Shown piece after piece: positions 19,004-27,790 of a stretch of 49,381 nt of DNA. The position numbers and the translations under genes were made by a program. Positions within the stretch are counted from its first letter, which is position 1. Each line of letters begins with the position of its first letter. Source of the DNA: an uncultured Bergeyella sp. (GTDB taxonomy: Bacteria > Bacteroidota > Bacteroidia > Flavobacteriales > Weeksellaceae); NCBI GenBank assembly GCA_916710115.1, contig CAKAOY010000001.1, positions 1-49,381 of the forward strand. The letters run 5' to 3'. Under the pieces are notes generated by a model. It was not told where the DNA came from. It was given only the letters and a program-made list of their open reading frames with translations, and did no database searches.

Positions 19004-19019
19004 TGGAACTATTTTTGTA
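19004..19019 (+). promoter_or_regulatory. clpB promoter candidate: sigma54-like TGGAACT-N4-TTGTA overlapping a TATTTTTG -7 match
   Basis: GG and TTG spaced as in TGGCACG-N4-TTGCW. Confidence 0.45.
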
Positions 19020-19063
19020 ATAAATAAAACGAAAGTATTTAACTATAAAATAATTAATATAAT

Positions 19064-21655
19064 ATGAACTTAAACCAATTTACTTTAAAATCACAAGAAG
19101 CCATTCAGAAAGCACAGCAAATAGCTTTAGAGTTTGGCAATCAAAGTATAGAACCGCAACATTTATTGGAAGGTATTTTCCAATCAGATGAGAATATTTC
19201 TTCATTTTTACTAAAAAAATCCGAAGCTGATGCTACGCTTATCAGGGAAAGAAACAGAGAAAATATAGAGAAGTTACCTAAAGTAGAGGGAGGGAATCTG
19301 TATCCATCTCAGTCATTAAGCAGAATTTTGTTGAATGCTCCTAATATCACTAAAAAAATGGGAGATGAATATGTTACCATTGAACATCTTTGGTTGGCAT
19401 TGGTAGAGGTTTCTTCACCAGTTTCCACATTGCTGAAGGATGTGGGGGTTACTCAAAATCTATTGGAGAGTGGAATCAAAGAATTGAGAAAAGGCTCAAA
19501 GGCGACATCGGCAAGTTCAGAGGAAACTTATCAAAGTTTGAATAAATATGCGAAAAACTTTAATGAGTTGGCAGCGGAAGGGAAGTTAGACCCTGTGATT
19601 GGTCGTGATGAAGAGATTAGAAGAGTTTTACAAATCCTTTCTCGTAGAACGAAGAATAATCCTATTCTTATCGGGGAACCAGGGGTAGGTAAAACAGCGA
19701 TTGCAGAAGGGATTGCTCATAGGATAATTTCTGGTGATGTTCCAGAAAATCTAATGGACAAGACACTTTATTCCCTTGATATGGGTGCTTTGGTAGCAGG
19801 AGCGAAATACAAAGGAGAATTTGAAGAGAGGTTGAAATCTGTAGTAAATGAAGTAACAAAATCAGATGGACAAATTATTCTTTTCATTGATGAAATTCAT
19901 ACGCTCGTAGGTGCAGGAGGAGGAGAAGGAGCAATGGATGCAGCTAATATCTTGAAACCTGCCTTGGCAAGAGGAGAATTGAGAGCCATTGGAGCGACGA
20001 CCCTAAATGAATATCAAAAATATTTTGAAAAGGATAAAGCATTGGAACGCCGTTTCCAAAAGGTGATGGTGGAAGAGCCTGATACGGAATCAGCAATTTC
20101 TATTCTTCGTGGGATTAAAGATAAATATGAATTCCACCATAAAATTAGAATCAAAGATGAGGCTATTATTGCCGCTGTGGAAATGTCTCAAAGATATATT
20201 TCGGATAGATTTTTACCAGATAAAGCAATTGATTTAATTGATGAAGCATCAGCTAAGTTGAGAATGGAAATTAATTCCAAGCCAGAAGAGTTAGATGTTT
20301 TGGATAGAAAATTAATGCAGATGGAGATAGAATTAGCAGCCATTTCTAGAGAAGGGAATCAGACAAAGATAGGCCATTTGAAAGAGGATATTGCAAAAAT
20401 TACGGAAGAACGAAACCAAATCAATGCAAAATGGCTTAGCGAAAAACAAAAATCAGAGGATTTAACCCAAATAAAAAAAGATATTGAAAGTCTGAAATTA
20501 GAAGCAGAGAGAGCTCAGCGTATGGGAGATTATGCTAAAGTTTCAGAAATACAATATGGGAAACTTAGAGAGAAAGAAGAGGAATTACACCAATTAGAGT
20601 TAGTAATGCAAAACCAACAAAATGAGTTGGTGAAAGAGGAAGTTACAGCAGAAAATATCTCGGAAGTTATTTCTAAATGGACGGGTATTCCAGTAACTAA
20701 ATTGCTTCAGTCAGAGAGAGAAAAATTGCTTCATTTGGAAGAAGAATTACATAAGCGAGTAGTGGGACAAGAGGAGGCTATCCAAGCAGTGGCAGATGCT
20801 ATCCGAAGAAATAGAGCAGGGCTTAATGATGAGAAAAAACCTATCGGTTCATTCATGTTCTTGGGAACTACTGGAGTTGGGAAAACAGAATTGGCAAAGG
20901 CTTTGGCAGAGTTTTTATTTGATGATGAGAATAATATGACTCGTATTGACATGTCTGAATATCAAGAGAAACATTCCGTATCGAGATTGGTAGGAGCGCC
21001 TCCAGGGTATGTAGGGTATGATGAAGGGGGACAGTTGACAGAAGCTGTTAGAAGAAGACCTTATTCTGTGGTGCTTTTAGATGAGGTAGAAAAGGCTCAC
21101 CCTGATGTGTTTAATACCTTGCTTCAAGTGCTTGATGATGGAAGATTGACGGATAATAAAGGGCGTTTGGTGAATTTCAAAAATACGATTATCATCATGA
21201 CTTCTAACCTTGGCTCTCATATTATTCAAGAGAATTTTGAAAATTTGAATGAAGAAAATCATCTTGAAATTGTAGCAAAAACTAAAGAAGAAGTTTTTGA
21301 TTTGTTGAAACAAACGCTTCGCCCAGAATTCTTGAATAGAATAGATGAAACGGTGTTATTCCAACCATTAAGCCGTAATGAAATTGGTAAAATCGTGCAG
21401 TTCCAATTGAGAGATATCAATAAAATGTTAGAAAGTAGAAATATAATCTTGACCGCAACTCAAGAAGCTATAGATTTCATTTTGAAAAAAGGTTATGATG
21501 TGAGTTTTGGAGCGAGACCACTGAAAAGAGTGGTGCAACAAGAAGTTCTCAACAGACTTTCTAAAGAAATTTTAGCAGGAAAAATCAATGATGGAGACCG
21601 CATTACTTTGGATTATTTTGGAGAGAGTGGACTGGTATTCAATACAACAAAGTAA
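19064..21655 (+). CDS. clpB: ATP-dependent disaggregase ClpB
   Basis: Two AAA+ modules ([16 protein letters not shown]), middle coiled-coil domain, GAPPGYVGY and GARPLKR. Confidence 0.97.
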   Translation: MNLNQFTLKSQEAIQKAQQIALEFGNQSIEPQHLLEGIFQSDENISSFLLKKSEADATLIRERNRENIEKLPKVEGGNLYPSQSLSRILLNAPNITKKMGDEYVTIEHLWLALVEVSSPVSTLLKDVGVTQNLLESGIKELRKGSKATSASSEETYQSLNKYAKNFNELAAEGKLDPVIGRDEEIRRVLQILSRRTKNNPILIGEPGVGKTAIAEGIAHRIISGDVPENLMDKTLYSLDMGALVAGAKYKGEFEERLKSVVNEVTKSDGQIILFIDEIHTLVGAGGGEGAMDAANILKPALARGELRAIGATTLNEYQKYFEKDKALERRFQKVMVEEPDTESAISILRGIKDKYEFHHKIRIKDEAIIAAVEMSQRYISDRFLPDKAIDLIDEASAKLRMEINSKPEELDVLDRKLMQMEIELAAISREGNQTKIGHLKEDIAKITEERNQINAKWLSEKQKSEDLTQIKKDIESLKLEAERAQRMGDYAKVSEIQYGKLREKEEELHQLELVMQNQQNELVKEEVTAENISEVISKWTGIPVTKLLQSEREKLLHLEEELHKRVVGQEEAIQAVADAIRRNRAGLNDEKKPIGSFMFLGTTGVGKTELAKALAEFLFDDENNMTRIDMSEYQEKHSVSRLVGAPPGYVGYDEGGQLTEAVRRRPYSVVLLDEVEKAHPDVFNTLLQVLDDGRLTDNKGRLVNFKNTIIIMTSNLGSHIIQENFENLNEENHLEIVAKTKEEVFDLLKQTLRPEFLNRIDETVLFQPLSRNEIGKIVQFQLRDINKMLESRNIILTATQEAIDFILKKGYDVSFGARPLKRVVQQEVLNRLSKEILAGKINDGDRITLDYFGESGLVFNTTK

Positions 21656-21657
21656 TT

Positions 21658-21690
21658 AAAAAAGCACCTCAATATTTGAGGTGTTTTTTT
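21658..21690. terminator. Bidirectional terminator
   Basis: AAAAAAGCACCTC / GAGGTGTTTTTTT. Confidence 0.85.
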
Positions 21691-21694
21691 AATA

Positions 21695-22882
21695 TTACAT
21701 ATCTTTATTTATCTTAGAAAATATTAATGATATTATTCCTCCAAAACCGAAGCTCAATAGAGTTACGATGATATAATTTTTAGCAACAATCTTTATTGGG
21801 AAAGGAAAACCACCCGTCTTAAAAATACCTGTTGCTTGTTGTATATAACAAATTATACTTCCTATACTTAACCCTAATATCACTCCAAAAGAAACGATAA
21901 GTATCCCCGTGAAGAAGTATATTTTTCTTATTTCTCGATGAGATACCCCCAACGAAATCAAAGTTTTAGTTTGTTGTTTTTTATCTAATTGTAGGATGGT
22001 TATTGCTCCCGCAAGGTTGAAAGTCGTAATGAAAATAACCAATCCAAAAATGATATAAACCATTAATTTTTCGGTATTTATCATTTTCCAAAAGGCCGTA
22101 TTTTCCTCAGATTTTGTTTTTATTAAATAATCCTTATTCTCTATCTGTTGATAAATTTGCCGACGAATCTCCTCTGTTTGACTGGTGTTATTTAATTTTA
22201 TAACAACTTGATAAGCTGAGTTTTTAGGGAGATTGAGTAATTCTTGTGCAAGTTCTATCGGAGCAATGATAAAATTATTAAGCTCCTCACTTTCCAAAAA
22301 AATTCCTGTAGAAAATATTTCTTTTTTATTAAAAATATCCTCTTGCTTATGAATGAGTCCTTCCCCAGATTTAGGCATATATAGCCAAGCATAATCAGCA
22401 TTTTTACCGACAGGAAGCCCCAAACGGATAGCTAACCCTTGCTCGATAAAAACTTCATTAGAATATACAAAAGATGGATATTCACCAAAAACACTCTTTT
22501 TATTAATAGGATTAACTGCTGTATAGTGAGTATCTACACCTCTCAAATAGGTAATTTCACCGATATTATTATACGAAATATATGTCTTTTCTTCTATTAT
22601 TTTAGAGAATGCTTTTATTTCTTTATTCTTTTTCAGTATCTCAGTTATCTTATCAATATTCTTCAAAGTTTTACCATTCTGCGAATATATTGTAAGGTCA
22701 GAATGCAGATTACTTATAATATCTTTATTGAGTTCCTCTAACCCCGAAAATACAGAAATGATAACAAACATAGAGGTTATGGCCGTCATCATTGCAAATC
22801 CAGCTAACCAAGTAATGAATGTTACTACGGAATTTCCTTTCTTGGAAATGAGATATCTTTGGGCTATATAAAATGAAGCCAT
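21695..22882 (-). CDS. ABC transporter permease, LolC/E-FtsX-like
   Basis: FYIAQRYLISKK, SVFSGL, one N-terminal TM, periplasmic domain and three C-terminal TMs. Confidence 0.85.
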   Translation of the reverse strand: MASFYIAQRYLISKKGNSVVTFITWLAGFAMMTAITSMFVIISVFSGLEELNKDIISNLHSDLTIYSQNGKTLKNIDKITEILKKNKEIKAFSKIIEEKTYISYNNIGEITYLRGVDTHYTAVNPINKKSVFGEYPSFVYSNEVFIEQGLAIRLGLPVGKNADYAWLYMPKSGEGLIHKQEDIFNKKEIFSTGIFLESEELNNFIIAPIELAQELLNLPKNSAYQVVIKLNNTSQTEEIRRQIYQQIENKDYLIKTKSEENTAFWKMINTEKLMVYIIFGLVIFITTFNLAGAITILQLDKKQQTKTLISLGVSHREIRKIYFFTGILIVSFGVILGLSIGSIICYIQQATGIFKTGGFPFPIKIVAKNYIIVTLLSFGFGGIISLIFSKINKDM

Positions 22883-22892
22883 TGGAAAATTC

Positions 22893-23255
22893 TTACAAAA
22901 TAGGATTATCTCCCTCGCCTCTAAGTTCTCGCTCTATTCTTTCAACATCGTCAAGACTAGTATCTAGATAAAATTGTAGTTCAGGAATAATACGAACTTG
23001 TTTTGCCATTTTTTGCCCAATATAATTACGATATTGAGATTTATTAATCTCTATTTCTTTCATTATAGGAACTCGATATTCATTTGGGAAAATACTCAGA
23101 TAGATTTTAGCAATACTCAAATCCACAGTAACTCTCACATCGGATACGGTAATGAGTAAGTTTTTTTGTGTATCAGCTGCTTGCTTACGAAACAACTCTG
23201 CAAAATCTTCTTGTATTATTTGTGCTACTCTTCGTTGTCTGTTTGTATTATTCAT
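22893..23255 (-). CDS. rbfA: Ribosome-binding factor A
   Basis: RQRRVAQII, DLSIAKIYLS and RIIPELQFYLD. Confidence 0.95.
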   Translation of the reverse strand: MNNTNRQRRVAQIIQEDFAELFRKQAADTQKNLLITVSDVRVTVDLSIAKIYLSIFPNEYRVPIMKEIEINKSQYRNYIGQKMAKQVRIIPELQFYLDTSLDDVERIERELRGEGDNPIL

Positions 23256-23259
23256 ATTG

Positions 23260-23267
23260 CAAAGGTA
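23260..23267 (-). promoter_or_regulatory. -7 element (TACCTTTG) for rbfA
   Basis: Reverse complement of CAAAGGTA, 4 nt before the ATG. Confidence 0.65.
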
Positions 23268-23289
23268 AAAATTTAAATATATATATCAT

Positions 23290-23720
23290 TATTTTTATAC
23301 AATAACTTGTAGATTACTTTATATTAACTTGTGGATAATTTTGTATAAAATACCTTTGCATTATTGAAAAATAATTCCTATTACAAAATTTTCTATCTAT
23401 ATCCCATTTCTATTTATTCTTTATTTTCAATACCTTATTCCATATTTTATCCATTTAAATTTTATCAACACCATAAAATTCTATTTTATCCACATATGTT
23501 AATATTATGTAATAATAATTATATATCAATCAGTTATATATTATTTATTTGTGTATATTATTGTTATTATTATGGATAAAATATAATGAATATTGTTATC
23601 AACAAACTAACATATATACAACAATATACAATATTTTTATTAATTATTAAAGATAAAATATATATTATTAGGTTTGTATGGTAGATGTGGATAATGGCGA
23701 ATTATATAGAATTTATTTTG
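23290..23720. other. Probable chromosomal replication origin (oriC)
   Basis: Perfect DnaA boxes at 23330-23338, 23486-23494 and 23686-23694; near matches at 23340-23348, 23462-23470, 23550-23558, 23571-23579 and 23596-23604; very AT-rich 517-bp intergenic gap. Confidence 0.75.
23329..23358 (+). promoter_or_regulatory. TTG-N19-TACCTTTG promoter pointing into the DnaA-box cluster
   Basis: Full -33/-7 Bacteroidota consensus; the -33 overlaps the DnaA box at 23330-23338. Confidence 0.5.
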
Positions 23721-23772
23721 ATAATAAAATATAAATACCTAATTTTACCACACAAATTAAAATAAAAAAAAT

Positions 23773-24843
23773 ATGTCAAGAATTTTTCCAGCAGGTGTAG
23801 CCACAGGAAATATGGTTACAGAGATATTTCAATATGCAAAAGAAAAACAATTTGCCCTCCTAGCGGTGAATGTGGTTGGGTCCAGCAATGTGAATGCTAC
23901 TCTCGAAACAGCATCTAAACTTAATTCTCCTGTGATTATTCAATTTTCTAACGGAGGTGCTATCTACAACGCTGGAAAAGGCCTTAATAATGACAATCAA
24001 AGAGCTGCTGTTCTTGGAGCTGTTGCAGGTGCTAAACACATACACGAACTTGCAGAATACTATGGAGCAACCGTGATACTCCATACCGACCATTGTGCAA
24101 AAAAATTATTACCTTGGATTGATGGTCTAATGGATGCTAATGAAGAACATTACCGAAAATATGGAAAAACACTCTATTCCTCTCATATGCTTGACCTTTC
24201 AGAGGAGACATTAGAGGAAAATTTGGATATTTCTGCAAAATATTTTGAGAGAATGGCTAAATTGAATATGACTCTGGAAGTGGAAATAGGTGTAACTGGT
24301 GGTGAAGAAGATGGAGTGGATAACTCTGATGTGGATAACTCTAAACTTTATACACAACCAGAGGATATTGCTTATACTTATGAAAAATTAAAAGCAATCT
24401 CTGATAATTTCACCATTGCTGCTGCTTTCGGAAATGTACACGGAGTGTACAAGCCAGGTAATGTAGTACTTACTCCAAAAATTTTAGATAACTCTCAAAA
24501 ATTTGTTCAAGAAAAATTCAAAACAGGAGTAAAACCCGTTAATTTCGTATTCCACGGGGGGTCAGGTTCTACCTTAGAAGAAATTCGCGAGGCAATTAGT
24601 TATGGAGTTATCAAAATGAATATAGATACCGACCTCCAATTTGCCTATACCGAAGGAGTGAGGGATTATATTACAAAAAATGTAGAATATCTGAAAACTC
24701 AAATTGGCAACCCAGAAGGTACCGATAAGCCAAATAAAAAATTCTACGACCCAAGAATATGGCTAAGAAAGGGAGAAGAAACCTTCGCTACGAGATTAGT
24801 TCGTGCTTTTGAAGATTTAAATAATGTGAATACATTAGGTTAA
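23773..24843 (+). CDS. fbaA: Class II fructose-bisphosphate aldolase
   Basis: HTDHC, SSHMLDLS, GGEEDGVDN, FGNVHGVY and VFHGGSG. Confidence 0.97.
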   Translation: MSRIFPAGVATGNMVTEIFQYAKEKQFALLAVNVVGSSNVNATLETASKLNSPVIIQFSNGGAIYNAGKGLNNDNQRAAVLGAVAGAKHIHELAEYYGATVILHTDHCAKKLLPWIDGLMDANEEHYRKYGKTLYSSHMLDLSEETLEENLDISAKYFERMAKLNMTLEVEIGVTGGEEDGVDNSDVDNSKLYTQPEDIAYTYEKLKAISDNFTIAAAFGNVHGVYKPGNVVLTPKILDNSQKFVQEKFKTGVKPVNFVFHGGSGSTLEEIREAISYGVIKMNIDTDLQFAYTEGVRDYITKNVEYLKTQIGNPEGTDKPNKKFYDPRIWLRKGEETFATRLVRAFEDLNNVNTLG

Positions 24844-24850
24844 TAAAAAT

Positions 24851-24880
24851 AAAAATCTGCTTTTTATAAGCAGATTTTTT
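24851..24880. terminator. Bidirectional terminator
   Basis: AAAATCTGCT / AGCAGATTTT. Confidence 0.8.
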
Positions 24881-25851
24881 TATGAATATATTTTGTCTAA
24901 TATTTTTTGAATATCAATTTCAGTGAGGCAGGCCCAATCCTTACGATAGCATTTTTTGTTTCCAAAAATAGAGCAAGGCCTACAAGTCAAATCTGAAACT
25001 TGGATAGTATCATTAATATTCTGTCCAAAGCCCAAAAATCCTGCTTTTGGGTCTGTTTGTCCCCAAATAGAGATACAACGAGTACCCACGAGGCTGGCAA
25101 AATGCATATTCGCAGAATCCATAGAAATCATCACTTTGAGTTTTGCAATTCGCTCAAGTTCTTCAGTGAGTTTTATTTTTCCTGCTAAGTTTTCGGAGTT
25201 TGGGATTTCTTTTTCCCATTGTGATAGGATTTCAATTTCCTTTTTTCCCCCACCGAAGAAATAGACTTTATCTTGCTGGGCGATTTTTTTTGCAAGTTCA
25301 AAGGTCTTTTCTAATGGAAGAATTTTCCCTTGATGTTGAGCAAAAGGAGCTATTCCTACGCCAGATTTTTCTTGATATAAAGGTCTTAATTTGTTGGAAA
25401 GTTGTACTTGGAAGCCCATTTCACGAAAGACATCAGCATATCGTTCAGTAGTTCGTTTGAGAGGTGATTTATGAATATTCCAAATATCAACGAGGGCTTT
25501 TTTTTCTTTTTTACCTTTGTCAATTTTGAATACTTTGTATCTTTTAAGTCTAAGAAAAATATTGAGAATCTTGCTACGAAGGACATCGTGTAGGTCGGCA
25601 ACATAATCAGGGTTATATTCTTTGGCAAGTTCGTTAGCAAGTCTCACCATTCCCCAAGAACCTTTATAGTCATCTAAATTAATTCCTTTAAAGGTAACAC
25701 GAGATATGCTATTGAATACTTCACCAAAATTTTTGCGAGAAACCATTATGATTTCTACATTAGGGTTTTGTTCCAATAGTTCGTTTAGGACGGGGGCAAT
25801 CATTGCTATATCCCCAAATGCGGAAAAGCGATAGACGAGTATTTTTATCAA
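24880..25851 (-). CDS. Glycosyltransferase family 9 (LPS heptosyltransferase-like)
   Basis: RFSAFGDI, DLHDVLRS, APFAQH, SMDSANMH and CRPCS. Confidence 0.9.
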   Translation of the reverse strand: MIKILVYRFSAFGDIAMIAPVLNELLEQNPNVEIIMVSRKNFGEVFNSISRVTFKGINLDDYKGSWGMVRLANELAKEYNPDYVADLHDVLRSKILNIFLRLKRYKVFKIDKGKKEKKALVDIWNIHKSPLKRTTERYADVFREMGFQVQLSNKLRPLYQEKSGVGIAPFAQHQGKILPLEKTFELAKKIAQQDKVYFFGGGKKEIEILSQWEKEIPNSENLAGKIKLTEELERIAKLKVMISMDSANMHFASLVGTRCISIWGQTDPKAGFLGFGQNINDTIQVSDLTCRPCSIFGNKKCYRKDWACLTEIDIQKILDKIYS

Positions 25852-26267
25852 GACTTTAATTGATAGGCTACGGCGTAAAACTTAATTTGCTTAGTCATGG
25901 CCATTAAACCATTGGCTCTTGACGGTGAAAGAAACTCTCTTAGTCCTATTTCTTCAATAAATTCAAAATCAGCATCTATTATTTCCTGAGGAGTATGCCC
26001 ACTGAATACACCTGCCAAAAGTGCTACAATTCCTTTTGGGAGAATGCCATCAGAATCTACATCGAAAAAAACTTTATTATCTTCAAAATGGGGAATAATC
26101 CACACTTGAGATTGGCATCCTTTAATGAGGTTTTCCTCTGTTTTTTTGTCGTCTGAGATACCTTTTAGTTCTTTACCGAGGTCTATGATATATTCGTATT
26201 TTTGTTCCCAATCATCAAGGAAAGCAAAATCATTGATGATGTTTTGTTGTTTTTCTTTGATAGTCAT
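25848..26267 (-). CDS. sufE: Cysteine desulfuration protein SufE
   Basis: DDWEQKYEYIIDLGK, IKGCQSQVW and LSPSRANGL; ATGA overlap with the GT9 gene. Confidence 0.93.
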   Translation of the reverse strand: MTIKEKQQNIINDFAFLDDWEQKYEYIIDLGKELKGISDDKKTEENLIKGCQSQVWIIPHFEDNKVFFDVDSDGILPKGIVALLAGVFSGHTPQEIIDADFEFIEEIGLREFLSPSRANGLMAMTKQIKFYAVAYQLKS

Positions 26268-26289
26268 TTTTTAATGAAAAATTGATTTG

Positions 26290-26297
26290 CAAAGTTA
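26290..26297 (-). promoter_or_regulatory. -7 element (TAACTTTG) for sufE
   Basis: Reverse complement of CAAAGTTA. Confidence 0.6.
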
Positions 26298-26343
26298 AAA
26301 ATTTTATTTAAAATATTATTCTACATAGTGTGAGAAAGGGTAA

Positions 26344-26850
26344 TTATATATTCTTTTTCACTCTAAAAATAATAGCAAATAGTAAAATGAATAGAAATGA
26401 AATTCCTGATGTGATAAGTATGTTCAGTAGAATGTATAATATATTTTGAAGTTTAAAAAACTCCAAAAATTGTACGATAAATTGATGAATGAAGATACTA
26501 AAAAAAATGAAAAAGGCGAAATGGTTCCATTGCAAACTCTGGAAAGAAAAAAAATCAGTGGTAGATTCCGTAGAGTTTCGGAAAATTTTTATTCTGAAAT
26601 AGGCAAGAGTAGTAGTAGCAAAGGTATTAATTCCCCAAGTGCCTAAGTGTGCATCTATCCCCAATCCGAGCAAAAAACTCATTCCTAAGAAAGTGAATTG
26701 ACTTCTGAGAAAAGGATAAAACATTACAAAAAGTGGATACATTACAGGGGTGTATATCCCAAAAATTGTTACTCTATTGAGTATAACAATTTGGAAGGTA
26801 CCCAATAAAAAAATATATATTAAGTCTGTAAGGAGGTTTCGTGTAATCAT
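26344..26850 (-). CDS. mreD: Rod shape-determining protein MreD
   Basis: Hydrophobic 168 aa with FLLGLGID; ATGA overlap with mreC. Confidence 0.85.
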   Translation of the reverse strand: MITRNLLTDLIYIFLLGTFQIVILNRVTIFGIYTPVMYPLFVMFYPFLRSQFTFLGMSFLLGLGIDAHLGTWGINTFATTTLAYFRIKIFRNSTESTTDFFSFQSLQWNHFAFFIFFSIFIHQFIVQFLEFFKLQNILYILLNILITSGISFLFILLFAIIFRVKKNI

Positions 26851-27698
26851 TTGTCTGCTTCTTGTTGTGCTCTTAAACTATCTTGTATGGGCTTAATGAG
26901 ATTTTTTTTGAGGTTTTTTACGACGAATATCTTATTAAGTTGTCCCATTTTTTCGCTTAATTCTACCGAAATATCCCAAAAACCGGTCTGAGAATTTACT
27001 TCGTATCCTGAGATAGTTCCAATCATTTTTCCACGGGGAAATAAGGCAGATTTACCATCAGTAATAATAGTATCACCTACTTTTATAGGAACATATTTTG
27101 GTATGTCGGAGAGGTGCATTATTCGTGTATCTTCACCATTCCAAGAGAGTGTACCGAAGTAGTTGGATTTTTTAAGTGAAGCATTGATTTTTATTTTATC
27201 AACACTTAGTATAGACTGTACGAGCGCATAGTTTTGTGTGGTGTTTATTACAATTCCTGCGATACCCTCTGGGGTGATTACCGCCATATTATCTCTCACG
27301 CCTTGTAGTGAACCACGATTAATGGTGAAATAATTATTTTTTCGGTTGATGCTATTATTAACTACCTCTCCATCAATTAACTGATACACCTGTCCGCCTT
27401 TTATGGAATCATTCATATTGATGGTTCGGGCAAGTGTTCGGTATTCCTTTCCGTATAGTTGTTCCATTAAGGCTTTATTTTGCCGTGTAAGCCCTTCATT
27501 GATTTCTTTGAGTTTGAGATAGGAAGACCCTACATCAATATATCCCGATACCCAAGCATTAAATGTCGCTACCTGTCCTGCAAGCCAAGATTTTTGCATT
27601 GCATTTTTTGAGAAAATGAGTGCTATCGAAATACATTGGAGAATCAAGAAAAATAAAAATGTAGTATTCTTGGAGAGAAATCTTAGGATATTTCCCAT
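26847..27698 (-). CDS. mreC: Rod shape-determining protein MreC
   Basis: TM plus coiled coil, NYFTINRGS, GIAGIV and GDTIITDG; follows mreB. Confidence 0.92.
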   Translation of the reverse strand: MGNILRFLSKNTTFLFFLILQCISIALIFSKNAMQKSWLAGQVATFNAWVSGYIDVGSSYLKLKEINEGLTRQNKALMEQLYGKEYRTLARTINMNDSIKGGQVYQLIDGEVVNNSINRKNNYFTINRGSLQGVRDNMAVITPEGIAGIVINTTQNYALVQSILSVDKIKINASLKKSNYFGTLSWNGEDTRIMHLSDIPKYVPIKVGDTIITDGKSALFPRGKMIGTISGYEVNSQTGFWDISVELSEKMGQLNKIFVVKNLKKNLIKPIQDSLRAQQEADK

Positions 27699-27712
27699 AG
27701 TAAATTTATATT

Positions 27713-27770
27713 AAAAAAACACAGAAACCCAACGAAAGTTAGGCGAACCTGCTTTGTAAGGGCTTCTATG
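27713..27770 (-). terminator. Terminator-like or structured element between mreB and mreC
   Basis: Minus strand CATAGAAGCCC / GGGTTTCTGTG 11-bp stem, 29-nt loop, U7 tail. Confidence 0.6.
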
Positions 27771-27790
27771 AAAATTATATGAAAAAAATA

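Noticed and set aside
23364..23579. 71-aa ORF in the rbfA-fbaA gap
   Set aside because: TTG start, Tyr/Ile low-complexity product typical of AT-rich noncoding DNA, and it runs across the DnaA boxes
24315..24338. DnaA-box-like GTGGATAAC repeat inside fbaA
   Set aside because: Explained by the coded VDNSDVDNS peptide; another isolated box also falls on VD codons (31562-31570)
27731..27759. GGTTCG-containing loop as a preQ1 riboswitch or tRNA fragment
   Set aside because: No A-rich 3' tail, no queuosine gene context and no cloverleaf
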